Source: an uncultured Muribaculaceae bacterium (GTDB lineage Bacteria > Bacillota_I > Bacilli_A > RF39 > UBA660). Taken from it: a stretch of DNA of 64,000 nucleotides. The stretch is from positions 82,177 through 146,176 of the forward strand of contig CAYNFP010000003.1 in the NCBI GenBank assembly GCA_964396655.1, read 5' to 3'. The notes below the pieces were generated by a model. That model saw nothing but the letters and a program-made list of their open reading frames with translations. It was not told where the DNA came from and searched no databases. Of the stretch, positions 31,578 to 40,987 are shown piece after piece (the first letter of the stretch is position 1; the number at the start of each line of letters is the position of its first letter). Position numbers and translations under genes: made by a program.

Positions 31578-34500
31578 TTAACCAACTTTCTCTATTCTAA
31601 TTCTAACAACTAAATCATTTATTTTTACTTCTTCTCCAGAATTATCTTTAATAAACTCTAAACATAAAGTTTCATCTTTAATATAATTGCCATATTTAGA
31701 AATCATTTCTTCAATTTCTTGTAAAGGTTCATAATATATTTTTATTCTGTTGCTTACTTCTAATCCTGAATCTTTTCTCATATTTTGAATCTTACTATTA
31801 AATTCACGAGCTAATCCTTCAAGTAATAATTCTTTATTTAATTCTGTATTTAATATTATAACTTTGTTATTTAAATATGCTGAATTATAACCTTCTTTAG
31901 GAGTAATAAATCTCATTATCATATTTTCAGTTACCTTAAAATCTTCACCATTTAATTTAATAGTTAAATCATTGTTATTTAATTTTTCAACATCTTTATG
32001 AGATATATTATTTAAATAATTTTGGAATTCTTTTAATGAAGAACCTAATGTACTTCCAACTTCTTTAAAGTTTGGTTTATAAGTTATATGAACATATTCT
32101 TCCATATTATCACAATAATTTATATTTTTTACATTTAATTCTTCTAAAATTAATGAGTCTATATCTTTTATAATATTCATATATTTTGAATCTATTATAA
32201 CTTCTAATAATGGCTGTCTAATTTTTATTTTAGCTTCTTCCCTAGTATTTCTACCCATTGTTATAAATTCAATTACTAAGTCCATTTGTTCTTCAATATT
32301 GTTATCTATTTTAGAATCATCACATACTGGATAATCTGATAAATGAACAGATTTTTCTTCAGTTAAATTTCTATAAAGAATTTCTGATAAGAATGGAGTT
32401 GTAGGCGCGATTAATTTAGATATACCAACTAAAACTTCATATGTTGTTTGATATACTGCTTTCTTACTTACACTAAGTTCACTTTCCCAGAATCTTCTTC
32501 TATTACGTCTTATATACCAGTTAGATAAATGTTCACAAACAAAATCTTGTATTAAATGTGTTACCTTATTTAAATCATATTTTTCATATGCTTCAGTAAC
32601 ATTTTTAACTAAATTATTATATTTTGATAATAGCCATTTATCTATTAAATCTAAGTCTTTATAGTCTATTTTATATTCTCTTGGATCTATATTATCTGTA
32701 TTAGCATATAGTTCAAAAAATGTATAAGTGTTTTTTAATGTATTAAAGAATTTAGATATTACTTCTTTTATTCCATCTTCATCAAATCTTGTAGGAAACC
32801 ATACAGGGGAAACATATAATAAATACCATCTAGCTGCATCTGCTCCATAATTTTCAAATAAGTTAAACGGATTAACCCCATTGCCTCTACTCTTACTCAT
32901 TTTAAGGCCTGTTTTATCTAAGATGTGATCATTTACTAATACATTTTTATAAGGGCTCTTATCCATTACAAAAGTGCTTATTGCTAAAAGAGTATAAAAC
33001 CAACCTCTTGTTTGATCTATTCCTTCACATATAAAGTCTGCTGGAAATTGAGTCTCAAATAATTCTTTGTTTTCAAATGGATAATGATACTGGGCAAAAG
33101 GCATTGCTCCTGAATCAAACCAGCAATCTATTACTTCACTTACTCTGTTCATTGTCTTGCCACATATAGGACATTTAATATGAACATCATCTACATATGG
33201 TCTATGTAATTCTATATTTTCATCAATTTTCTCAATAGCTTTTTCTACTAATTCTTTTCTAGACCCAATCGATTCCATGTGTCCACATTCACATGTCCAT
33301 ATATTTAAAGGTGTACCCCAATATCTATTTCTTGATAATGCCCAATCATTTATATTTTCAAGCCAATTTCCAAATCTTTTTTCTCCCGCAAAATCTGGAT
33401 ACCAATTAACTGTATTATTGTTAGCAACTAATCTGTCTTTTAGTTCAGTCATTTTTATATACCAGCTAGGTTTAGCATAATATAAAAGCGGTGTTTTGCA
33501 TCTCCAGCAATGAGGATAATTATGCATTATTTTTTCTTTTTTAAATAATTTACCATTTTGTTTTAAATAATCAATTATTTCTTGGTCTGTATCTATTACA
33601 AATTTATCTTTCCATGGACCTTCTAAGAAACAACCATTTTCTCCAACTGGATTAACAACTGGTAAATTATATTTTTTACCTACATTATAGTCATCTTCAC
33701 CAAAAGCTGGCGCTATATGAACTAAACCTGTTCCATCTTCCATTGTGACATATTCATCACATACAACAAAAAATGCTTTTTTATCTACTTTTATAAATGG
33801 TAATAATTGTTCATATTCTTTATATTCTAATTCTTTTCCTAAGTATCTATCAACTATTTCATAATCTTCCTTAAATATTTTTTCTCTTAATTTTTCAGAT
33901 ATTATAAAATAATTATTTTCTAATTTAACTTTAACATAATATTCTTTTGGATTTACACAAACCGCAACATTAGAAAGTAATGTCCAAGGAGTTGTAGTCC
34001 ATACTAACAAATAAGTATTATCAACACCCACTAGTTTCATTGGAACATAAACTGTAGTAACTGAATCTTCTTGGTAACCTTGAGCAACTTCGTGTGAAGC
34101 AAGTCCGGTTCCACATCTACTACAATAAGGCATAATTTTATGCCCTTGATATATTAAACCTTCATCAAAAAATCTTTTTAATATATTCCATTCTGTTTCA
34201 ATGTAATTATTATCAAATGTTATATAAGGATGTTTCATATCTATAAAATAACCCATTTCTCTGGTCATTTTTTCCCATTCACCTTTATATTTCCAAACAC
34301 TTTCCTTACATTTTTCATTAAATTCTTTTATTCCATATTTTTCTATTTCAGTTTTATCATTCAAACCAAGAGTTTTTTCAACTTCAATTTCAACAGGCAA
34401 TCCATGAGTATCCCATCCTGCTTTTCTAAGAACTTTAAAACCTTTCATAGTTTTATATTTACATATAGAATCTTTTAAATCTCTTGATATTACATGATGT

Positions 34501-34667
34501 ATTCCAGGTAAATTATTAGCTGTTGGAGGTCCTTCAAAAAACACAAAGTTTTCTTTTCCTTCTCTATTTTTTATTGATTCATTTAAAATATCTATTGTGT
34601 CCCAATAGTTATTAACTTCATCTTCCTGTAATTTAGTTTTAGTTTTTTCTAAACTTTTAAATTTCAT
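31578..34667 (-). CDS. ileS: Isoleucine--tRNA ligase (type 2)
   Basis: 1029 aa; HIGH (PTANNLPGIHH) and KMSKS motifs; editing domain. Confidence 0.95.
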   Translation of the reverse strand: MKFKSLEKTKTKLQEDEVNNYWDTIDILNESIKNREGKENFVFFEGPPTANNLPGIHHVISRDLKDSICKYKTMKGFKVLRKAGWDTHGLPVEIEVEKTLGLNDKTEIEKYGIKEFNEKCKESVWKYKGEWEKMTREMGYFIDMKHPYITFDNNYIETEWNILKRFFDEGLIYQGHKIMPYCSRCGTGLASHEVAQGYQEDSVTTVYVPMKLVGVDNTYLLVWTTTPWTLLSNVAVCVNPKEYYVKVKLENNYFIISEKLREKIFKEDYEIVDRYLGKELEYKEYEQLLPFIKVDKKAFFVVCDEYVTMEDGTGLVHIAPAFGEDDYNVGKKYNLPVVNPVGENGCFLEGPWKDKFVIDTDQEIIDYLKQNGKLFKKEKIMHNYPHCWRCKTPLLYYAKPSWYIKMTELKDRLVANNNTVNWYPDFAGEKRFGNWLENINDWALSRNRYWGTPLNIWTCECGHMESIGSRKELVEKAIEKIDENIELHRPYVDDVHIKCPICGKTMNRVSEVIDCWFDSGAMPFAQYHYPFENKELFETQFPADFICEGIDQTRGWFYTLLAISTFVMDKSPYKNVLVNDHILDKTGLKMSKSRGNGVNPFNLFENYGADAARWYLLYVSPVWFPTRFDEDGIKEVISKFFNTLKNTYTFFELYANTDNIDPREYKIDYKDLDLIDKWLLSKYNNLVKNVTEAYEKYDLNKVTHLIQDFVCEHLSNWYIRRNRRRFWESELSVSKKAVYQTTYEVLVGISKLIAPTTPFLSEILYRNLTEEKSVHLSDYPVCDDSKIDNNIEEQMDLVIEFITMGRNTREEAKIKIRQPLLEVIIDSKYMNIIKDIDSLILEELNVKNINYCDNMEEYVHITYKPNFKEVGSTLGSSLKEFQNYLNNISHKDVEKLNNNDLTIKLNGEDFKVTENMIMRFITPKEGYNSAYLNNKVIILNTELNKELLLEGLAREFNSKIQNMRKDSGLEVSNRIKIYYEPLQEIEEMISKYGNYIKDETLCLEFIKDNSGEEVKINDLVVRIRIEKVG

Positions 34668-34898
34668 AATATCTCCTTTTTAATTAAAATAAAAACGCCC
34701 TATTAAAGGACGATTATTAATTCGTGGTACCACCTTAGTTTATTCTTAAATCTGTAACGTAGATATACGATTTTTTCTACTTATTTCAAAAAAATACATC
34801 AGAAGTGATTCTATATATAATTAATTGCTTATTTACACCATCCATAAGCTCTCTATAAATTTATTATATATACGTCTTCCTCATTTGTTTTCAAATAG
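34668..34898 (-). promoter_or_regulatory. T-box riboswitch leader of ileS
   Basis: Minus-strand AAGGTGGTACCACGAAT T-box motif at 34721-34737; terminator-like helix and U-run before the RBS. Confidence 0.75.
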
Positions 34899-34928
34899 AT
34901 TATACTATTTTTAGCAATTTATGTCAAT
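34899..34928 (-). promoter_or_regulatory. Sigma-A type promoter for the ileS T-box leader
   Basis: Minus-strand TTGACA-(18)-TATAAT exact hexamers. Confidence 0.5.
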
Positions 34929-34941
34929 TATAATATTCTTT

Positions 34942-35558
34942 TTAGCGATTCAGTCTTCTTATTAAATCATTTACTGGTTCATCATCTGTTGTAACTACAT
35001 AACGCTTGCTCTTTTTTTCTTCAAAAGTATTTAATTTTTTAATTTCAGGTAATTTTTCACTTTCTTTTTTAAATTCTATTGGGCATTGAGTTTTTATAAT
35101 ATTTTTTGCTTTTTCTAATGCTTTTTCTACTATTTCAATTTGCTCTTTAGTAATTTTTAAATTTTTGTGGTTGTTTTTCGATTGATTTTTCTTACTTTTT
35201 GCTTCGCCATATGAAGCCAAACAAGCAGTAGAAGCAAGTGAAGAAAAGAAAATGATAGCTCTTATAATAGAAGGGATTGCTTGCATACAGGTAATATAGT
35301 TTCTACTAATAAAGATAATTTAAAATCCCAATCATGTTTCCAAAGGTTTTTTATTATATCCATTATTTTAGTATTAGAATAATCGCATTTCCTTATTTCA
35401 CTTTCAAACTGAGTTTGCTGACTTCTTAGATAATCTAAATAATTTTCTAATTCTAGTACTTCTTTTACATTCTCACCGTCTACTTTAATAACCCCTTTAT
35501 CTGTTTCTACAAAAACTTCTCCATTCATTTGCATTATTTTAAAATTCATAATATACAC
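34942..35558 (-). pseudogene. Disrupted paralog (family B) of the 37193-37861 gene: internal deletion/frameshift removes the first TM helix
   Basis: Two overlapping ORFs (98 aa + 114 aa) together align to the N- and C-termini of the intact 222-aa paralog; N-terminal 45 aa are identical. Confidence 0.55.
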
Positions 35559-35608
35559 CTCATTTAAATTATATAATTAATTTTTTATTATTTCAATTTA
35601 ATTACATA

Positions 35609-36265
35609 TTATCTTCTATATCTTCTAACCATTGCTTCATCTGCTTCATTTTTAAGAGAATACTCAGTTCTTAAAGGAATTGAAATAGAGCCAGGTTTTT
35701 TTGCTACATTTTTTTCTGTTAAATCAGGTCTTGGTGTTTTTATAAATCCTTCTATTATATTTAACTCTTCTTGAGTTTTAATGATTAAATCTTTAAATTC
35801 TTGCAATTTTATGTGATTAACATTGGATTTATATCTGTTAACTATTGCTTTTGCAGCAATTGACAAAAAAGAAGCCATAGCAATAAGTGCCCCAGTTAGA
35901 ATTGCTCTTGTTTGGGTTATAAAATTAATAACATTATAAAAAGACTCTCCATTTATACTTAAAGATATTTCTGGCATTCTAAAAATCAAGAAGAAAATTA
36001 TACCAAAAATAATAGTTAATGGCTGTGCGAACATTAGAAACAATTTAGTTCCATAATTTTTTTTCATCATTGATTTTATTGATATTTCTAAAGAAAGAGA
36101 ATTTTTTTGAAGTTCTGTTTCTAATTTTTTTGTTTCTTTTTGAAGACACTCTATATAATTTTCTTTGTCAAGGATATCCTTGATATCATTACCTTTGACT
36201 TCAACAAAGCCTTCATCTGTTTGAACTATAATACCATCGGTACTCTCTATTATTTTATAATTCAT
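35609..36265 (-). CDS. Small membrane protein, paralog family A (N-terminal soluble domain, 2 TM helices, basic RRYRR C-terminus)
   Basis: 218 aa; intact; paralog of the 37912-38400 ORF and, in the N-domain, of the family-B genes and 39381-39977. Confidence 0.6.
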   Translation of the reverse strand: MNYKIIESTDGIIVQTDEGFVEVKGNDIKDILDKENYIECLQKETKKLETELQKNSLSLEISIKSMMKKNYGTKLFLMFAQPLTIIFGIIFFLIFRMPEISLSINGESFYNVINFITQTRAILTGALIAMASFLSIAAKAIVNRYKSNVNHIKLQEFKDLIIKTQEELNIIEGFIKTPRPDLTEKNVAKKPGSISIPLRTEYSLKNEADEAMVRRYRR

Positions 36266-36427
36266 AAACTCTCCTTTTATTTTTATTCATTAAATTTAAA
36301 AGAATTCACCTTATCGTTTTATCACTTATTATAATTTTATTTTCATCTTTAATATTTAATATTTCAAAATTTATAAATTTTTTTCCTATAGAATTTATTA
36401 TATAAACATTAAATTATCATGTCAATA

Positions 36428-36458
36428 AAATAAAAAAGAGATTTTATTTTAATCTCTT
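36428..36458 (-). terminator. Terminator overlapping the stop of the 232-aa coiled-coil membrane protein gene
   Basis: AAGAGATTttattttAATCTCTT hairpin plus T-run on the minus strand. Confidence 0.4.
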
Positions 36459-37147
36459 AATAAAACACGACTTGTTCTTTCTGCTATTTCTTCATCAGGA
36501 AATTCAACTAGATTTCTTTCTGATTCCAAACTTTTAATCGCTTCTGATCTAGCAGAGTCTATTCTTTGTAGTTTTGCGGTTTTCTTCTTTATAAGTTTAC
36601 CACAATATGTTATTATTGCTTCTAATTCTTTTGAATCAGTCTCCATTAATAATAATTCTTCTAGATATTTTTTTCTCTTTGTTTCTTCTTTTGAAATTTT
36701 AGAATCTACTTGTTCAATTGTTTTTGACTTTACTAATTTTCTTAAACTAGCTGTATTTATAAAATATTTTGCAATAAAATATGCATCAAAAGCAAGTAAT
36801 ACAGATCCAATTAAAGCTATAATAGCTAAAATTGCTGAACTTCCCAAAATTGATATTAATACAATTGCCAATAAAAACATACTTATTAGATTGCTAATTA
36901 CAATTCCTTTTTGCATTGAAAATTTGTGTTTATCAAATATTTTTGGAGCATTAATTAATGTTTTTTTCTCTAATTTTAGTTCTTCAATTTTATTTTCAAT
37001 TTGTATTAATTCTTCATTAATTGAATTTAAAAGACTTAATTTTTCAATAGTAGAATTCTTTTCTTCTTCTAACTCTTTTAAACTTTTTTTAATTTCTTCA
37101 ATTATCATTAAATATTTATCCATTTTTTTCTTCTCTCCCCTTTTCAA
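36449..37147 (-). CDS. Coiled-coil / 2-TM / coiled-coil membrane protein (232 aa)
   Basis: Heptad-rich E/K N- and C-terminal segments flanking two hydrophobic helices; same architecture as 38650-39354. Confidence 0.55.
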   Translation of the reverse strand: MKRGEKKKMDKYLMIIEEIKKSLKELEEEKNSTIEKLSLLNSINEELIQIENKIEELKLEKKTLINAPKIFDKHKFSMQKGIVISNLISMFLLAIVLISILGSSAILAIIALIGSVLLAFDAYFIAKYFINTASLRKLVKSKTIEQVDSKISKEETKRKKYLEELLLMETDSKELEAIITYCGKLIKKKTAKLQRIDSARSEAIKSLESERNLVEFPDEEIAERTSRVLLRD

Positions 37148-37160
37148 AATATTGCTTTAT

Positions 37161-37189
37161 ATTATACAACAATTTAAAAAGATTGTCAA
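37161..37189 (-). promoter_or_regulatory. Consensus sigma-A promoter driving the 232-aa membrane protein gene
   Basis: Minus-strand TTGACA-(17)-TATAAT, perfect consensus hexamers and spacing. Confidence 0.55.
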
Positions 37190-37192
37190 ATT

Positions 37193-37861
37193 TTAGCGAT
37201 TTAATCTTCTTATTAAACCATTTACTGGTTCATCATCTGTTGTAACTATATAACTATAACTCCAGTCCAAGTACTTCTTAAAAGTATTTAATTTTTCTAT
37301 TTCTGGCAATTTTTCAGTATCTTCTTTTAAAACTATAGGACAGTGGGTTTTTAAAATTTGATTTGCTTTTTCTAGTTCTTTCTCCACTATTTCAATTTGT
37401 TCTTCAGCTATTTTTATATTACGATGATACTCTTTTGATTTGTTTTTCTCTGATTTTGCTTCTGTATATAAAGATAAGCCGGCCCCCGAGAAAAATACTA
37501 CTAAAAAAAGTATAACTTTTATAATAGTGGGAAAGGCAAGCCACGTATTAAAGGCAAATACAAAGATCAAGGGAATTAAGATAAACCCTGCCATTATTCC
37601 CTCCAAGAGCGGCAGCATCTTAAATACCACACCACCACTTTTCCAATTATGTTTAATTATATCTATTATTTTAGTATCTGAAAAATCATTTCCGTATAAA
37701 TTTCTTTTAAACTGAATTTTCTGACTTTTTAGATAATCTAAATAATTTTCTAATTCTAGTACTTCTTTTACATTCTCACCATCTACTTTAATAACCCCTT
37801 TATCTGTTTCTACAAAAACTTCTCCATTCATTTGCATTATTTTAAAATTCATAATATACAC
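37193..37861 (-). CDS. Small membrane protein, paralog family B (N-terminal soluble domain, 2 TM helices, C-terminal DDEPVNGLIRRLNR)
   Basis: 222 aa; intact; N-terminal 45 aa identical to the 35262-35558 ORF. Confidence 0.6.
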   Translation of the reverse strand: MYIMNFKIMQMNGEVFVETDKGVIKVDGENVKEVLELENYLDYLKSQKIQFKRNLYGNDFSDTKIIDIIKHNWKSGGVVFKMLPLLEGIMAGFILIPLIFVFAFNTWLAFPTIIKVILFLVVFFSGAGLSLYTEAKSEKNKSKEYHRNIKIAEEQIEIVEKELEKANQILKTHCPIVLKEDTEKLPEIEKLNTFKKYLDWSYSYIVTTDDEPVNGLIRRLNR

Positions 37862-37911
37862 CTCATTTAAATTATATAATTAATTTTTTATTATTTCAAT
37901 TTAATTACATA

Positions 37912-38560
37912 TTATCTTCTATATCTTCTAACCATAGCTTCATCTACTTCATTTTCAAGAGAATAATAGGTTCTTAAAGGAGTTGAAATAGAACCAAGTT
38001 TTTTTACTATATTTTTTTCAACTAAATCAGGCCTTGGAGTTTTTACAAATCCTTCAACTTTACTAAGTTCTTCTTGAGTTTTAACTATTAAATCGTTAAA
38101 TTCTTGGAGTTTTATATGTTTAACATCAGAATCATATTTATCAACAATTGCTAACCCAGAAAGTGACAATAAAGGTGCCAGAACAACAAGTGAGCTTATT
38201 AAAACCGCTTTCACTTGTGTTATAAAATTAATTACATTATAAAAAGTTTCACCATTTATAGTTAAAGACGTTGTGGGCACTCTTAAAAGGGAAAATAAAA
38301 TTACACCAAAAATGATCGTTAATGGTTGCATAATAGTTAGAAGTAGTTTTACTCCCGAATTTTTTTTAATAATTAATTTTATTATTTCTATAACTTTCAT
38401 ATTAGAATAATCTTCTTTTTGGAGTTCTCTTTCTAATTTTTTAGCCGCTTTTTCAAGACATTCTATATAATTTTCTTTATCAAGGGCCCTCTTAATATCA
38501 CTACCTTGAACTTCAGCAAAGCCTTCACTTGTTTGAACTATAGTGCCATTAGACTTTCTA
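37912..38560 (-). pseudogene. Family-A paralog with N-terminal frameshift/stop; only the C-terminal 162 aa remain as an ORF
   Basis: Upstream 160 nt translate in frame to a family-A N-domain (GTIVQTSEGFAEVQGSDIK...ENYIECL), but the ATG-proximal reading frame hits TAG after 12 codons. Confidence 0.5.
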
Positions 38561-38649
38561 TTATTTTATTATTCATTATAACTCCCTTACGAAAATATTA
38601 TTATACTTGTTAAATGATTTGTCAAATTTTAATTAACAATCTCATTATA

Positions 38650-39354
38650 TTAAAGACGATGGGTATATGCTCCTGTTGTTCTTGATTTTTCAATTTCTGT
38701 TTCCATTGCATTAAATTGTTTTGTTTGTTCAGGAGTTAAAACTTCACATAATATTTCTTCAATAATTGAAGCTCTCATTTCTGTTTTACATTCTATTTCA
38801 TTTTCAAGGTCTTTAATTAAATTGCACAATCTGTAACATTCTTGTTCCAAAGTTTTAATTTCTTTATCACAATTCGTTAATTTTTGACTTAATCTTAATT
38901 CATTTTTTCCGTTTTCTTCTATATCTTTATTTAATTTGTCAATATTAGTGATTTTTACTAAATCCCTAAGATATTTTGTTTCTTTAAAATAATCAATTAC
39001 ACCCTCTGTTATGAATAATATTGGAATAATTATTAAATAGAATATTAAATGATTTACTGGAAAAGAAAATATTAAAAACATAATAATAACGAATAAAGCA
39101 ACTGCTCCACCTAAAATAGAATAAAATTTTGTTAAAAATTTCTTTTTTTCTTTTTTAATTTCTTTACTTCTTTCTATTAAACTCCTTTTTGATTTTAAAT
39201 CGCGTTCTTTTGATTCTACTTCATCATATGATTTTTTAATTTTCACTCTTTTTTTTCTTTTAGAGTCTAACAAAGATTCTTTTTTTGCTTTTTTGCTTTC
39301 TAAATCCCATTTTTCATCTTCTAATTTTCTAATTTCTTCTAATAATTTATCCAT
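38650..39354 (-). CDS. Coiled-coil / 2-TM / coiled-coil membrane protein (234 aa)
   Basis: Same architecture as 36449-37147; low sequence identity to it. Confidence 0.55.
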   Translation of the reverse strand: MDKLLEEIRKLEDEKWDLESKKAKKESLLDSKRKKRVKIKKSYDEVESKERDLKSKRSLIERSKEIKKEKKKFLTKFYSILGGAVALFVIIMFLIFSFPVNHLIFYLIIIPILFITEGVIDYFKETKYLRDLVKITNIDKLNKDIEENGKNELRLSQKLTNCDKEIKTLEQECYRLCNLIKDLENEIECKTEMRASIIEEILCEVLTPEQTKQFNAMETEIEKSRTTGAYTHRL

Positions 39355-39380
39355 GTAACCTCCTAATAAAAATTTTTATT

Positions 39381-39977
39381 TTAACTTCTTTTGCTACCCC
39401 TGCTTCTTTTTAAAGTCATTGATTTATTATCTTCTAATGCAATAGTTGGAGAATAAGGGCAATGAGAAAATGTTTCTATTTCTGTTCTTTCGATTTCTGG
39501 GCATTCTTTCTTTTCGTAATTTTTAATTTTTTCTAATTCTTTTAATTTTGATTCATATAATTCTTCACGCAATTTTATTGATTTATATAATTCTTTAATA
39601 TCAATAATAGGATTTATTACTAAACTCCAAATAGGGATTACCCCTACTATTATTATAAGAGTAATTGCAATCAATAATTTTGTAAATGTAAGTGAGAAAA
39701 GAAATAATATTCCCAAAACTGTTGCTAAAGAGAAAATAAATGAATGAGCTCTAAAAATAATATCTTTTTTAAATTTCATTTTAAATATTTCCATTAATTT
39801 ATCAGAATTAATTCCTTCTGGTAATCGTTTTTTTAAAAAATCTATTTTGTCTTTTAAATATTCACAATAATTTTCTAATTCTAAAGTTCTTTCTATATTT
39901 TCTCCAGTTATTTCATATGTCCCTTCATCAGTTTCAAGATACTTTTTTCCTGCAATCTTAATTATTTCGTTATTCAT
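39381..39977 (-). CDS. Small membrane protein with family A/B-like N-domain, 2 TM helices, coiled-coil basic C-terminus
   Basis: 198 aa; N-terminal TDEGTYEITGENIERTLELENYCEYL matches the N-domain shared by families A and B. Confidence 0.55.
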   Translation of the reverse strand: MNNEIIKIAGKKYLETDEGTYEITGENIERTLELENYCEYLKDKIDFLKKRLPEGINSDKLMEIFKMKFKKDIIFRAHSFIFSLATVLGILFLFSLTFTKLLIAITLIIIVGVIPIWSLVINPIIDIKELYKSIKLREELYESKLKELEKIKNYEKKECPEIERTEIETFSHCPYSPTIALEDNKSMTLKRSRGSKRS

Positions 39978-40052
39978 AAATATACTTCCTTTCTAAACGA
40001 TATTTATTATAAATTCTATATATATATTTGTCAAACAAAAAAATATGAATGT

Positions 40053-40493
40053 TTATTCATACTTATTTAAATCTATATCATCTATTTCATCTATAACTTG
40101 AAGTTGACTTTCAACAATTGCTCTAAGTCTCTTTTTAAAGAATCTTACATTTCTTTTTAATGTTTCTATATCATCTTCTGCTTTTTCAGCTTTCATTAAA
40201 GCATCATTAATTATTCTATTAGAGTTCCTTCTAGCTTCTTGCATCATTGAATCCGCTTCCTGTCTTGCTAATGTTTTAATCTTTTCACAAGTTTCTTCAG
40301 CAGTAAATATTGCTTTATTTAGAGTACTTTCTAATTTTTCATAATGTTCTAATTTTTCTTTTAATCTTAAATTTTCAGTTTCTGTGGCTTTACTTTTATT
40401 AAGTAAAAACTCATAGTTTTTTATGATATCATCAAGTGCTTTATTTACTTGATATTTATCATATCCACGAAAAACCGTATTAAATTTTTCCAT
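40053..40493 (-). CDS. divIVA: DivIVA-domain cell division protein
   Basis: N-terminal F..VFRGYDKYQV DivIVA signature then coiled coil; downstream of sepF as in the dcw cluster. Confidence 0.8.
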   Translation of the reverse strand: MEKFNTVFRGYDKYQVNKALDDIIKNYEFLLNKSKATETENLRLKEKLEHYEKLESTLNKAIFTAEETCEKIKTLARQEADSMMQEARRNSNRIINDALMKAEKAEDDIETLKRNVRFFKKRLRAIVESQLQVIDEIDDIDLNKYE

Positions 40494-40517
40494 AGAAACA
40501 CCTCAATGTTCTTTATT

Positions 40518-40913
40518 TTACCATTCTGTATCTTCTGAAGTAGTCTTTTTGCCTTCTTCTTCTGTCATTTTTCCTTGAACAGCAATATTCTTAGGTGTGC
40601 ACAAATAAATTCCTGCTCCTAATTTTTCCATACTGCCTCCAATAGCGTACAAAGTTCCAGTTAAAAAATCAAGGATTCTTTTTGATTGATCACTAGTTAC
40701 CCTTTTAAAGTTAACAACTACTGCATTTCTATTTTTTAAATGATCTGCAATCTGCTGACTTTCAGAATATGCTCTTGGTTCAACCAAAATCATGCTATTA
40801 CCAGCATCTGTCATCTTTTTTACTGTTTCATCACTATTTACTGAATAATATTCCTCCTCTTGATTCTCTCCATCATCAGGATTAAATATTTTTCTTAATT
40901 TACCTAATGCCAT
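40518..40913 (-). CDS. sepF: Cell division protein SepF
   Basis: 131 aa; conserved C-terminal domain (AVVVNF..V..D.SKRILDFL.G..YA..G). Confidence 0.85.
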   Translation of the reverse strand: MALGKLRKIFNPDDGENQEEEYYSVNSDETVKKMTDAGNSMILVEPRAYSESQQIADHLKNRNAVVVNFKRVTSDQSKRILDFLTGTLYAIGGSMEKLGAGIYLCTPKNIAVQGKMTEEEGKKTTSEDTEW

Positions 40914-40987
40914 GACTTTTCCTCCGTATCTTTCTACTATAAAATTATTGTACCATAAATCAAGATAAAATGTAAATATCTTTATAT

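Noticed and set aside
34942-35558. Treating 34942-35286 and 35262-35558 as two independent small genes
   Set aside because: Together they align end-to-end with the intact 222-aa paralog at 37193-37861, so a single disrupted gene is the more parsimonious reading
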